A DNA stretch of 64,000 nucleotides from contig NW_026866645.1 in the NCBI RefSeq assembly GCF_026571515.1, positions 1 through 64,000 of the forward strand, written 5' to 3'. Position 1 is the stretch's first letter. Each line of letters begins with the position of its first letter. Positions 1 to 14,114 of this stretch are shown here, piece by piece. The notes beneath the pieces are model-generated. The model had not been told where the DNA came from. It worked only from the letters and a program-made list of their open reading frames with translations, and searched no databases. The position numbers and the translations under genes were made by a program. Source of the DNA: Ruditapes philippinarum. Lineage: Eukaryota.

Positions 1-1478
1 TTTTTAAAATCAAACTAATGTCCAGGGAAATAATTGATATAATTACTCTATTAGTATCATTACATTCATTTATACTAATGTATTCCGTCACGTCGGCTCA
101 CTATCCCAAATAACGTTGACTTTTCTTTTAACGAGAAATTTATTTCTGTTATTGTTATTCCTAAACCAAATGGTTAGTTAAAAGAAAATGAAATAAAATT
201 TCAAGTTAACGGTTCATGTGTTATCCATAATTAGAAAGAATGTTGACAAAAGCGTCAATATTTCATGTTTTCCTTTGCACATACTACGATGCTACTAGCA
301 AATCTAGATTTGTTGACAGAAACCAAATCCAAATAAAGTATAGTGACAGAATGTTGTTGGGAAACAAATTTAAAATAGTGTGCTAAATGTTATCTTGACA
401 TTCAATGAACAGACGAGACCATAGACCCAAAAATCTGATCACTACTGATCTGGCCAGTACTGTTATTTACAGAATTACCATGAAAACATTAAGTGGTCAG
501 TGTGGCTGATTCACAGCATGGGGGGCAATTAATATCCCATTTTCATCTGATAAGCCCAAACCAGAAACTAATGATGGTACTTCTGTTTACATAAATACGA
601 ATACAAATAAATTGCTGGCCTCTTGTTCATATTATTTTGTTGAATAGCAGGTTTAAGTCTGTTTTCTTTTTATATGATAATTGTTTTCATTTTAAACACA
701 GTGGAAGGCAAATATGAAAAGGTAAGATACTTATTTATTTACTGTTCGAATTAAAATGTATACTCATTAACAAGCATTAGTTTATACATGTCTAGATCGG
801 AGAAATAATTCGGTCATTTAAGATAAAACATACATTGTAAGTAAAGTGCTGCATTTGTATTTAAGCAGTTTTGAGTGCTCATTATATTTACTTTAATGAA
901 TAGATTTAAGGCTAACTTATGTAACAGGCACTGGGGCTTCCTGTAATAATATGAACTTTTAATAACTTTGTAAATACCACTCAGGACAAATTTTTCTATT
1001 TGTGTTTTTTTTTTGTCAGAAATTAGTTTGAAATTTATTTCCATTGAATTGGCAGTCAGTTTTACAATCAAGAAAAAAGTACATATATAAAAAATCATTA
1101 GTTTAACGTTTACAATTATGTGATAAGAAACTATTGAACTTGTACAACAACCTATTTTACTGAATCAAATTATTGTAGAACCTTTCAAACTATCTATAGG
1201 TCACCGTTTCTATCTAATTTTATTAGAACTTGTTCAGAGTAGGAGCTTTGTTAATAGACCATCTACATTTATTACATTTACCATAAAATATTATTAATGA
1301 AATATGTATAAACAGTCAATTCAGTCCAATGTCACAACAATGTGTCTGTTGTTAACGGCATCCGTCTATGTGTCAATTTAGGCACTACTTCTTATCAACC
1401 ATAGGTTATAACAAAATATAAGTTATTGAAAATAGTCGCTTTTAAGTTTTACTCAAACTTTAAGGTTTCTTTTACAGG

Positions 1479-2925
1479 TTCTCATCAATGGGTTATCATG
1501 AAATTTTCTCAAACCTTCAAGATCAACAAAGATCAGAATACCAATGAGAATTTTATATTCATTGACGATGTTTATAGTGTCCTTAGCAGAAGTGGAGACA
1601 ATTTTCAGAAAAGTAATTTAAAACGCGCTCTCAAATCTTTTCAGGGTGGTTCAAGAACATTTCTAGGCAAAGAATGTGCCACAGTATTGACAGTTTTTAA
1701 ATATTTATGCCAACATAATACAACCAATTCCTGTAAGAAGATACTTAGAGATATTGAACAACAGCTTGTGTCTGAAGAGAGTACATTTCAAACAACGTCA
1801 TTAGAACTTTACAAACTGATAGCCAAAACACAGATATTAAGAACATCAATATTATTTGACTCTTTAAATATCAATGAAAGTGATATTCCAACATTGGTAG
1901 TAGATTATAAGCAGAATTTCAATCAGTTGGAATGGAAACAAATATGCTGGTTTGAGAATGACTTCTCAAAATTCATACAGTTCAGAGAATTGTCATATGA
2001 AGACATAGTAAACCTTAAGTGTTCAAGATTCCAGTCTCTCCTGTCACTGAATGAATGTAGCAAAGAGTGGAGCCGATCCTCACAAGCACAAATTAGAAAA
2101 AACATACTTCGATACAAATCTTCAGAAAAAGATGATGAAATAAGAATTGTAGCTGGTCAGGTCCACATTGCGTCAGCAATAGACAATGACATAAAATCAC
2201 TTTTAGATATTTATTGCCCAGATAGCACAGGAAATGCTGTCAGTTTTGATGTGACAAACTCTAAAGAAATAAACTGCATCTGGGCTGTTTTTGTTCAAAC
2301 AAGTGGTCTCGAAACTGATTTTCATGATTTGTGCACAAGGGTTTTTTACAGCTTAAAAAGGCGTCATAATGTGTATTTGGAAAAAGTGTCATTGATATTG
2401 TCACATGAGTTGACAGAATACACTACTAGTGATGGTAAAATTTCAAGATTTTGTCTCAGAGATGTGCTGGAAACAAAGCAGTTTGACAGAGTTTCAACAA
2501 CATGGCTTGCTAAATCCCATATTGATGGAACTTTAGACCTCGGAGGCTTTAACAACCACTGTGAATCATGCTTTTCTGGTACCCGCAACAAACCACTAAC
2601 TGTTGACAATTTTGATATTGTCAATGAATGGTATATTGAACTACCAATTGAATCACAACTTCTCTTTGAACATTTCATAAATCTGGGTACAATACGAAAG
2701 AGTAAAACCCCTGATGAGTCTGTGCGGAAAAAGCTGGAAAAATTGTACTTTGTGTATGACATTTTGCTTAACATACACAACAGAAATTATATTGGTGTTT
2801 TTCAAAGAAGTAATACACATTCTTTGAATTATCTGGCAAGCTTATTTGTGTGGTGGTTTAAGCTGCTATTAATAACAAGCTTAATATTTATTGATGATGT
2901 ACATGTATTTATTATAAATTCATGA
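1479..2925 (+). CDS. Long open exon of an uncharacterised protein, probably a truncated DNA-transposon gene
   Basis: 499-codon ORF (1426-2925) in very AT-rich DNA. Acceptor TTTTACAG at 1471-1478. Contains HCESC. After ~2815 the translation looks like read-through into non-coding DNA. No family confidently recognised. Confidence 0.5.
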
Positions 2926-5073
2926 TTTTCACACAGGTTGCGAAAATAGTTTTATTGTGTTGATTTGAATTTTCAAAGAAGAATCAATCAGGTACTTGCA
3001 AACTCTTCAGACATAGACATTAATATTTGTTTTACTACATTTGTTTGGAATGCGGCATGCAGTACTACTGATTTATTGATTTGTTATATCAGTTTCCTTA
3101 ACTGCATCTTTGTTTACTTATTCTAAACTGTAAAATACCTACAACTTTCTGTATTAAATCATGCATGTATTTTAAAACTGTAAAACTTAATGTAACACTA
3201 TGACAATTAATGGCTTTGTTATTATATTTGTAATCAGTTGTTAAATCTATATAAAACATATTTCACAGAATCAACATTATTTTCATTCCTTAGACCTTAT
3301 CTAATGTTGAGGTGAAATCAATCCACACTGACCACTGGTAAATGGCCATATTGTTTCTGATAAGAGTTGTTTTGATAATGCACCATGGACAGTTTATAGT
3401 TCACGCCAGGGTTATAATAAGATATCCTGCAGAGCAGTAATTTAGATAAACAGTTACCTTCTACTAGGGAATTTCTGGCAAATGTGGGCCTATATTACAG
3501 AGTGTGAAGGGGTTTGACTTGCACATTTATGAAGCCGGGGGTTAGATAGACCACCGGGACTGTTCCCTACATACAAAGAACTTCGTAAGATGATTTCAAA
3601 TAACATTTGAATAAATTAATAAATAAATAAAACAAATAAAAACCAAAAACAAACAAAACACAAACAAAATACCAACAAACAATTAAAAAATTAGAAGAAG
3701 AAAAAAAACGTTCCTCCTCAATAAATAATGCTTTAATCTCACACATGCTTTCCGTGTATACTTGAATTAATGATTGTAAGAATTTGTAACTAAATGACAT
3801 ACATAATATTCAGTGTTTTGTACATTTTACTGGTCCTTCGGGATCATTGATTTTAGCGCATTCTGTGTTTGAAATTTGAGTACGGCTCAAAGTCTTTCCA
3901 CTTTTTTAATCCCATTCGACAGCTTCAATCAGAACCAGCATGCAATTGTCATGTTACTTTGTTGTGATTAGTGCTTCCGAGGTATCACATCCGAATTTTT
4001 TACAGATATCAGATGTGTTAATGTCTTGTTTTGTTTTCTTTAAATGTTTCATTCGTATTGTTTATTTGTATATATATATAAGCTTAAATGATGCTGATAT
4101 TTGAAATATTTACACACACAATTTTCTATATTGGAGACAATACCATAGGACAAGTAATGAGAAATAGTTGTAGACAAATGGCAATAATGCAAATAGTACA
4201 AAGATTCACAGACAAGATAATTTACAATGGGTAATATATTAATTTATTTTTATAACATTTTTGTTTCTTTACGTGTATAATTTTTAATTTTCTAAAACTT
4301 TAAGTTCCGGTTAGTGTAATGGTCGGGAAGTAGATAATTTCTCGGACTATTTTCTTAGAAATTTATTGTGAAAATGTGACTTAAGTTACTAGTTTTTAGT
4401 TTAGAACAATGTAATGTGATGTTATGTATATATATCTGGAATAAGGACATTCACAGGTGAACAGACTTTGTTATCTTTGAAGATTTTCTTCGTAACTGCA
4501 CATACTTCATGCATATACTTCATGCATATGTACATTTGTTTACCTGAGTCACGCTCTACTGATCAGAATTATAAACATTCCAAGCTTTTTTCACATTTGT
4601 GTGAGTGCAAATTTTCAACATTTTTTTAATTCTTTTTATTAAATTATTTGTTACCATTTCTTTTATTTATTTATTTTTGTTCAAACTTATGTATAAGCAA
4701 CATTGCATTTTCATATTGTTCCCTAAATTAGTTATTATACTCTGTAAATTTCGTCCAAAAGAGGAATTCTTTCTTTCTCTGTTTTACTTTCCTCGAAAAA
4801 ATACAACATGAATCTGTGATCGTATTGCCTGAAAGTTGTATTGGATAATTTGAACGTCGTGTATATATCTAGCCACTGAAGAATATCCAATAATAAGGTA
4901 CTGTTCATTGGGCGACAATTTCTTAAATCAAATGAAACGAGGGGATATATTTGCGGAGGTCTTAAAAAACTCCGACCAATATGTAACATTATTAAAGATA
5001 AAGGTTATGTCATCTAGCAGTTTTTTCCTGATTTAAGAAGAGAGATTGTCACCATCGCTCTAAATCTATCAAA

Positions 5074-5475
5074 ATGGACAAGGACATTGGGAGACATTCT
5101 AATAATTCTAGTATATCCTTTAATGATACAATACATTTTCTCGATGAGGATGGATAACTTTCTCGCATCCAGAAGCATGATATTTCTTTAGAGGAATTGT
5201 ATGACTATATATATCCACATACTTTAGAATGGATTGTAATAATAGTGTATAGTTTGACGTTTATAGTTGGTGTTGTTGGGAATGTACTAGTCTGTTTTGC
5301 TGTGTGGATGAATAAGGATTTTACGTACAATAACAAATATTTTCATGGTGAACTTATCAATTGCTGATCTTTTAATACTCGTGTTTTGCCCTTCCATTCA
5401 GCTTTATTGGTCGATGTAATGCCACGTGGTTTCTAGGAACTGGGTTTTCCCTGTAAACTTCATATATTTCTAGCA
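5074..5475 (+). pseudogene. Disrupted duplicate of the first coding exon of the orexin/allatotropin-type receptor (N-terminus, TM1, TM2, start of TM3)
   Basis: Manual translation MDKDIGRHSNNSS...ISLEELYDYIYPHTLEWIVIIVYSLTFIVGVVGNVLVCFAVWMNKD/LRTITNIFMVNLSIADLLILVFC/...ATWFLG/PCKLHIFLA|GTAAGT parallels 13725-14114. In-frame TAA at 5155 and several 1-nt indels. Confidence 0.85.
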
Positions 5476-8400
5476 GTAAGTTTTAAAATTTATTTATTTA
5501 AAAAAAATATTATCATGTTATAATAATTTATATTGAACTAGCCAAGCCAGTGTAATGCATAGGTAAAAGCCAACATATTTTTGAAAAAAATGCAACAATC
5601 ATGTTTTCAAATCAATATTTTTACTAATGTAAAAATAAACAATATAATCGAGGTGTCCAAACGAAAAAATAAATAATTATCGTTTGAATGTATCGGTGAC
5701 TCTTCGTTGCTTAAAAGAAGTGGAGTTTTCTTTTTCTCATTCATTTAGTTTTTTTATGTTATCATAAACAATTAACATTTTTTATTATTTTTATTTTATC
5801 AATCACTATTATAATTGTGCAAATCTCTTGAAATAAAAAAAACTAGCATAATGCTAATTCATTATCATTACTAAGAAAAAATTTGGGCCGGTGGATAAAA
5901 CTGTACTCGAAATACTGAATCATACAATTCTTTAAATGTGATCATGGATGAGATTCCGAGTTAAAAGAAGTTCTTTGATATTTTTTCCTTTATATTAAGC
6001 GTGAAGTATTTAACCTACAGATGTTTCATATTAGTGTGAATAATTTTTATGGCTTTTTGTCTATCATACTTCGAATCTTGGGGATGTTTGTAACTGTTTG
6101 GAGGTCAATAAGATCGTTCAGCCAGCACCACATGTGTGTTGAATTTGTTGTATTCTTTTGTTCATTATTTTTTATTTTGTTGTTGTTGCTTTTGGTAGTT
6201 CCAGTAACTATAATACGGGTAATTATCATCATAAGGATATGCTGCCTGCTTTTAAAATGTGTCTTTTGACGTATGTGTGTGCATGCAGCTTTATAAACTC
6301 AGATCCGATTTCTGTCAATATTTAATTTATTTTGTTTTACTATTTTCTTTTTGGCATGGGCAAACGTTTTTTTTCTTGAAGATTAAACGCCACTATTCAT
6401 GGTCTGGCTCTTATGTGTCCGCATTTGATTGTTTCCATGGAAGCCGCCGATGTTTTCAAATTTAAATTTGCACCATTTACACAATTTCAAGGTAAAACCA
6501 TTGAATTCTGCTTCAAGCATGGATGAAAGCTCACCAATACCATCTTGGACCTATATGCATAGTATTTTGGCGGGTTTGTTCTTTTTTTCTTTATTCTTTT
6601 TGGCGTTCTATAAAGAGTCAGTAAATTTTTTTATTTTAAATTCATATTTAAATCTTAAGATATCAAATCATTTTTATAATTATACACCCTCTATTATTTG
6701 TCATTGAAATGCAATGTGGCCTTCGTTTATCCAAGTTGTTTATATCTGATTTATTTTTTTTATTCCTTTCTAGTTAGTCTGGCAGCATGCGTTTGTAATC
6801 GAATAAAATACTGGAAAAAATAATTTTTCTTTTTATTGTGTATCTTAGTGTCTTCATAAAAGTCTCTAAGAAATTAAGTCAATGATTTTAAAAAGGTCAG
6901 ACGAAAGTCTTTTTTTGGGACTTATAGTATTTGGAATCAATTGCTTATTTTGGATCATGTTTAAAATGGTAATACAACTTTATGAATGATAAAACGTGTG
7001 TGTTTGATTCTTCATAAAATTCTTAAAAAGAGCTGTACAAATGTGAAAAGAACAAATAATGTAATTAACGAAATATCGAAGAGTTAGTAAAGTGTACAAT
7101 AATTTCTATGACTACTAACAGAATTGGACATTTCATAAGTGGGCGTTTTTGTACTTTTAAAATATATATATAGTTATTCATATCTGAGAAATATTTTTGC
7201 TAAACGTTTCTGTAGATAAAAAGAAATATAAAATCAACGTGAGTGTACAGTATTTAGAATTAAGAATATAGCCATTTTAAAGTTTCGAACGTTTTTATGG
7301 TCAGTCGTATTACATTTCGAAAAACAGCGCTTTATAAATCACAGGAAAAAACGGAATCCCTAAAAAAGGGCAAACGCGGCATATTTGAAAAATGCTGCAA
7401 GCTTGGTTTGATTAGACCCTGTTAATGGACGTAAGTGGAAATCGCAAGCATCGACTTTAGTGGAATTCAAATGTAAAATTTTGAATTTTTCAACATTCGC
7501 ACACAGTTTGCTATATTCACCTCAATAATTTAATCTTAATTAAAACAGGGCTGCCGATTTTCCGCGGATCCGCGGATTTCGTGAGCTCCTGGTCACTTTT
7601 GAGATCGATATAAATTCGACAAAGACAATAAATTCATTCGTCCATATTTTATATAGTACCAAAAACAGGCACGCTTCGGCTTCTATCGTTACGCTAGCCG
7701 CCTATGGTATACGTCTGGTAAAGCGCGCTTTTCTCATTGGTCATATCGAGTCTTTTCCGGCATTCTATTTTAGAATAACCAATCAAATTACAGTTTACAC
7801 ATTGTCGCTCTTGTCTTTGTTGTCAAAATGCGTCAAAATGTCGGATATTTGTCAAAATTTAGAGTCCAGAAAATTGATTTTAGGGGATACCAAATCATCA
7901 AGAATCCAGGAGATCAAAAGAGCACTTTGGGCCAGAGTTCAATTGCACGTTCATGACAGGGATAAAGAAAATATTAAATGCATTCCAAGTTTGACAATAA
8001 AGTTGGTATTTCCAGTTTGGTTACGTTTGGCAAAAGTTCTAGCGATGTTTTGACTTCTTACAGGTCATTTTTTCAAATGCAAGTGCTTTTGCCAACACGG
8101 CTGAAAAGTTCTAAAATTTGGGAGTGCATCTGTTAATGATTTATTTGTAAGAACAATTCTAACTTGTTACCAACATTAGTGGTTTGAGAGGCGTAACCGA
8201 CTCTCTCAGAATTCTGTTGTTTTTCTGATAGTTTAACGAATTAAACATGATAAGGGTATCTGTTACCTGTATTCAAAATAAACTTATTTCCTCCATTTTA
8301 ATTTTACATAGTGATAATAAAACTATTCATTTATTAAAGACAAAAGCCGATTTACACTTCCAAAATAACTACTGCTTCTAAACATTTAAGATTGCTAGCC

Positions 8401-8631
8401 TAACAATTTAATTATTTTATTCAGTAAATCATGACTCTTGGTCTTTAAGCGAGTCAGAGCAATTTTCATGCAATTTTGTTGTGATTATTGCTTCCGAGGA
8501 ATAGGGAACATTTTGCTCCAGATTCTTGCCCCTCTTTGCTGTTTATTTGAACCCGCCAGGACATTGTATTCGTACATGTGAAGAAGCTTATACACAGCTT
8601 TGTTACAGAATATCGCGGTGATTCTACTAAA

Positions 8632-8864
8632 TGCCTAAGGTTACAAATAAAAACGGACGCCTCCCGATTTAAATATTTCTATAACATCGTCGGGTTTTGA
8701 AGATTTCGCGAACCGCCGGGCGATTTTTAAATCTGATACATTGCAAAACTTTCAGCTGCTTCCGTCCGATTGTAACGGTGACTGGATGGACATCAGCCGA
8801 TATTACGAGTTTTTGGAGAAATAGTCGCCGCCTGGCGACCGTTTGTCATTTGTGACTTTAGGCA
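8632..8864. mobile_element. MITE, PIF/Harbinger-like
   Basis: Imperfect TIRs TGCCTAAGGTTACAAAT...AAACGGACGCC / GGCGACCGTTT...ATTTGTGACTTTAGGCA. TAA at or next to both ends. GC-richer than the flanks. Confidence 0.6.
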
Positions 8865-10753
8865 TAATGTGTCCGTTTAGGTCTGAAAATTATGCACCAA
8901 AGGGGCATCCGCAAATGATGCAATGAAAAGGCGCCGCAATAAAACTACAACCAATGTTGCAGGCGAACGTTTAAAATGTCGACCCATTAAACTCACCTTG
9001 ACTCCTATTATTCCTACGTAGACTGTTTAATATTTCACGCCACCAACATCTGATATAACTACACCATTATGGAGGATTTTGTTTTTGATCTTTGATAACC
9101 CAGACAAGCCGTTTTAATAGTTTACAACTGGGGATTGCCAAGCTATTTTGAAATTATGTTCGCATGACATAGCTAACAACGGTGTTCTGACATCTTTGTC
9201 TATAAGTCTTCACAAAGTTCTTTTTATGTTCTACGTTTTAGTTAATTTTGTTTAGATATTCTAAGAATTAAGGTACCGTTGCCATGTAATCACCGCAAAC
9301 TTCATTAAAATTCCTAAGCCCCTTCGAGAATGAAATTAATATATTTTTCTTCTCTATTGTGTTTTATAATCAAGATGTCCATGCAACTATTGCTGTTTCC
9401 TCGTGAAAAACGAAAGACGGATGAACGAGATGTCACACAAATCTTTTAAAAGATATCATCAAATGATAATTAATGTTGGATTTTAAAGAAACCCAACCAA
9501 TTTATTCAAAAAAGATTACTGTTGACTGAATGATATGAATCAAGTGGATGAAAAAAATATGGATAATAAAACATTGCGTTGTAAATGATTAATTTGCTGT
9601 TTATTTTCCTTACCATTATATAACCAAATACAGATTTCAAAATTATACTTTTTTATTACTTATAACGTTTCTCAGATAATTAATGTACGTATATTAAAAA
9701 GAATATAAAAATATCAAGGTACCGTTGCTGGACGAATATTTCCGTAAATCTAAGCCGAAATGTCCATGGCTTTATTATTTAAAATAAAATGGTTATGATT
9801 TTTTTAAATGCATCTTTTATCCTCAAATACGTGACGATTGTATTAATATCTGAATTTTCATATTAAGAAATATTTAACACACGCGATTTGTTTTCCATTG
9901 TGTAAAGTTATGCAACAAAAGACAAAACGGACAACTTGCAATATAAAAATCTTCATAAATTTCATAAATTAATGCGCTTCAATTTGTCATTTTTTTTAAC
10001 TCTCGGGAAATAAGGAAAATGTCATTATATAATCAAAAACAGCAGCAATATAATATCTCCTGTCACATCTCCCATTGTCTGTGCTTATTCTGTTCGATAA
10101 TTATGCTTTTGTGTTTCTTTAAGCTTCTGTGTAGCGTTAAATGCTTGTTAGCCGGTTTTTTTTTGCTTCGTTTTCTTGAGATTTCTTTTTTTTAAAAATT
10201 GCTCATAGTTTCAGTTTGTTTCTTTTCGTCATAACTTGCTTGTCTAGATTATGTTTCGGGGATTCCGTGTAATGTCAATGCTATAGTAGCAGGTAGTTTT
10301 AAACATTAATGCGTTGTTTCGGACAAGGAAGATAGCTTACAATAACATGTTTGCATAACAATCTTAACAATATCCATATTAACCATTGTGGGCGTCCTGT
10401 GAAGTTTGTTTTGTTAGTTTTCACGTTTTGTGCTATCAACTGTAACAAATGAATCATAAATATCAAATTCTTGTGTACATTTGTATATAATAAATGGCAA
10501 AACAATCTTTGTTGGTAATACAATTAAAATGAAGAAAACAATGTATTGTAATTATTATTCAACCTCCTAATGTTAAGTAATTGGTTTGTCATAACAACTT
10601 AGAACTGCCTATTCAATGTTTATTGGGTTTCAATTATGTCACAATAGCAAACATAAAGCTACCAATAGTATGTATAGATCAAGCTGGTAATACTAGATAG
10701 TTGTGACTAAGACTTATCGCGTGCAGTTTAATGATGAATGTTTATAGGACAGC

Positions 10754-10980
10754 GCCGGTGCTAGGGTGGCGTGAGGGATGTTGCAAGTATTCATTACCCC
10801 TCATGTACAGACTCAATCAAACCGAGTCTGCAATTCTCTTGTAATTTTGTTGTGATTAATGCTTACGAGGAATCACTTTGTTTCCAGATTTTTTTAGAAG
10901 GTTATTCAGGTGGTCCATGTTGAGGGTGCTTTCATTGAATTCCACTCCTCCTTGTTGATATTTGTTTAATAATGTATAGG
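10754..10980 (+). repeat. Copy of a dispersed non-autonomous repeat family
   Basis: Core GCAATT...TTTGTTGTGATTANTGCTTCCGAGG recurs at ~3938-4005, ~8450-8525 and inverted at 12164-12301. Fragments at ~15465-15497 and ~51530-51552. The 3' tail resembles ~45063-45115. Confidence 0.7.
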
Positions 10981-12163
10981 TTATTTACAAAAAGTATATG
11001 AACAAAATAACCGGTAAAACTTAGCAACTGATAATAACGGTGGCAAACACAAGTTCAACAACCTAATATTAATAAAAAGTAATACTTATATAATGAAGGA
11101 AATCAATTTTGTTACCTATTCTTTATTTGTTTAATGCACATTTTGATGATTAAAGGAATAGCAGAGTTGATAGACATACAAGTATTAAAACATGTTTTAA
11201 AATTATTATGCTATATTAAACCGATTTTCTTTTTGACAATTTTCGTCAACTTTCGGATAAGGAGATCAAAAAGAATTTTGAATATAAAAATATGGACACG
11301 ATATTTTGGTTAAACTTTCACGTTTTTAAATTCAAACGTGTAAACAAAATTAATGATTGGCATCTATATAGACTTAGATTTTAAGCTCATTTATGCATAC
11401 AATGTATAAAAGTAGGTGTGAAATATTGATATGCTAAATAATATGTTTTCAAAAAGCTGGAAGAACATAACACTATCACGTTGACGATATATTGGATTTG
11501 TTTATAGATGTATGCATCAACAGGTATTCTTAAATTGAGTTTGATTAAAAGACTTATTTTGCAGTACTCAAGAAAGGGACATTATTTTCCGATAATTGAA
11601 GTTTCAATTACGTAAACAAGAAAATATTTTATATTGATATTTTTGCCTAATTGGGTTTTGTTGTTGTTGCTGTTTACAACGCAACAAACTTTTTTTTAAT
11701 ACTATAACTGTTTGTCGTTACCGTTATTTTTGTTGATGTTGATGTTTAGTTGAACAACAACAACAACAACAACTACCATTCACATCATTTATATTTTAGG
11801 TGATTTATTACATATTGTTGCCTAGCATGATGCCATATCCCAAAGATCTACTTTAGATGCATGTGTTATCCTTTCCAGGGCCATATTTCTTAAATAGACT
11901 TGACTCTACTTCATTTTTTACTCTCTGAAAGGCGAACAATACATACCATGGATACAGATTTTTGGTAAGGGCTGTAGTTCTGATGTATGGCTTACAAAAG
12001 ATGATTAGTGATAAACACTTTTAAAGGGTATTAAGCTATATTTTATGAATATATTTGTAAAATTTATCATCTCACGGTCGTTCATCAAAAGAGTTGTAAC
12101 AAAATATAACTCTGTTATTTAACACACATGAATATTGTACTGAAACAGAATGTTTTGGAACAT

Positions 12164-12301
12164 AAAATCTGGAAACAAAGTGACCCCTCGGAAGCATTTG
12201 TCACAACAAAATTACATAAGAATTGCAGACTCGGTTTGATTGAGTCTGTACATGAGGGATAATGAATAAGTGCAACATCCCTCACGCCTCCTAGCACCGG
12301 C
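12164..12301 (-). repeat. Inverted copy of the same dispersed repeat
   Basis: Reverse complement of ~10754-10894, e.g. GCAGACTCGGTTTGATTGAGTCTGTACATGAGGG. Confidence 0.8.
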
Positions 12302-13724
12302 TTGAGCGGTACACTTAATAGTGCTGGCATCAATGATCCCGAAGGAGCAGAAAAATATAACAACACTGAAGTGAAGAAAAACTTATTCTGCAATATTTTG
12401 TAGGGTTTTATCTGTTTAGAAATGCCAATGCGACATTCACTTTTAATGCAATTTACTACCGTATTTATTTCATACAAGAATTTTGGAATAATTTCTTTAA
12501 AAAGTTTTTAAAAATTTAATGACTTTTACAGCAGATATATAGCTTAATACACTTTAAAAAGCTTTTATAAAGAAAGAGACGAAACAACTATTAAGTATAC
12601 TTATACTAATACCTCTTGCTTTAATACATTTTGAGACGTATTTGGATTTTGATCTCAGAAACCATGTGGCATTAGTAGTGGGTAACTTGCAGGTAAATTG
12701 GCACATACCAATTCGTTAACAAGGCAGTGTTAGATGACCCCCGATAAACTACAACCATGCATAATAACAGACACAACAAAAACAAAAATGTTCTACATCG
12801 ACAGCAAGGTATTAATGACATCGTTACCAGTGACAATTAGACATGAAATACATGAAATGTGTCTATATTTAGAGATATTTCTTAATATGCATTCTCTGAA
12901 ACACCACCTTCTCTTTAGATGTTATCAAAATAACTTTCAATTTCCATCTTACTTGAAATTCAATCCCAAAGATGACGCTTGATGAGATATCAGTTGATGA
13001 TATATTTTTTGTTAGATATTCTTAATGTGTTTTATCATTAATAGCCGTTTTGAATAACAAGCAGTTTCCTTATAAATAATATACATAAACAGAAGGCTTA
13101 ACTTAAAATAGTACTTCTTTTTTTATTTTCTGCTGCTATATAATTATATATACTTGAACATAGCTGTTTTGTTCTGCAAAAACGTTTCTGCAAATACGTT
13201 GTCATTGCGAAAAGTGTTCTTCAAATCATTCATGTGGACTTATTATCTGATATGTAACATCAAATCCGATAATTAAATTGATGTGTTCAATACATTTTAA
13301 AATCGTTTATAATTATTGTTGTCATTATTATCATCTTCATAATATTAATAATAATAATAATAGTATATGACTATTAAATATGAAAATAAATAATAGAAAT
13401 CGTAACAGGTTTTATAAAATCATTTTGTCTTTAACGTTTTGTTTTGATTATGTCAAAATCTGAAATTGAAAACATCTGTGACCATCTTGTATCACATCTT
13501 GATTACATTATGCATTGTTTTGAGCAAAGCAGATGTAACCGTTCATAATACAAGATTATCATTTATTACTCGAAAGGACGAGTGAAAGTGTGCGGTAAAA
13601 AAAAAACACAAATCATATTCAATTTATTACCTTATGTTTCTGTACGTTTTGAAAACATTTCTGAAGTGGAAGGAAATTATTGTATGTGTATAATCCACAG
13701 AGAGTGAATGTCTCTTATGAAAGT

Positions 13725-14114
13725 ATGGATTTTAATAAAAGCAGTTTTTCCAACGTATCTGCTACTGTACTGAATTCCTCTATAATTTTAAAAGAAGTTG
13801 CAAATGACACTAATTCTGAGGAAAACATTTCTCTCCAGGATTTGTACGATTATATTTACCCAAAAACATTGGAATGGGTTTTAATTATAGTGTATGGTTT
13901 AACCTTCGCCCTTGGTGTTGTTGGAAATATACTTGTGTGCTCTGCAGTGTGGATGAATCGGAACCTGAAAACCGTGACAAATATTTTCATGGTAAATTTG
14001 TCGGTAGCAGATTTACTGCTTCTCATAATATGTCTACCACCAGCATTGGTAGTTGACGTCACAGCAACATGGTTTCTTGGAATAATACCATGTAAATTAC
14101 ACATATTTCTTGCC
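13725..14114 (+). CDS. Orexin/allatotropin receptor-like GPCR, coding exon 1
   Basis: MDFNKSSFSNVSATVLNSS (several N-glycosylation sequons), YDYIYPKTLEWVLI, TM1 GVVGN, TM2 TVTNIFMVNLSVADLL, WFLG..PCK. 390 nt with phase-0 donor GTAAGT. Confidence 0.92.

Noticed and set aside
7546-8100. hAT-like element starting CAGGGCTGCC
   Set aside because: GC-rich terminus-like sequence is present, but I found no matching right TIR or 8-bp TSD.
10754-12301. Single TIR transposon
   Set aside because: The arms are copies of a repeat that also occurs singly elsewhere in the window, and no TSD is evident.
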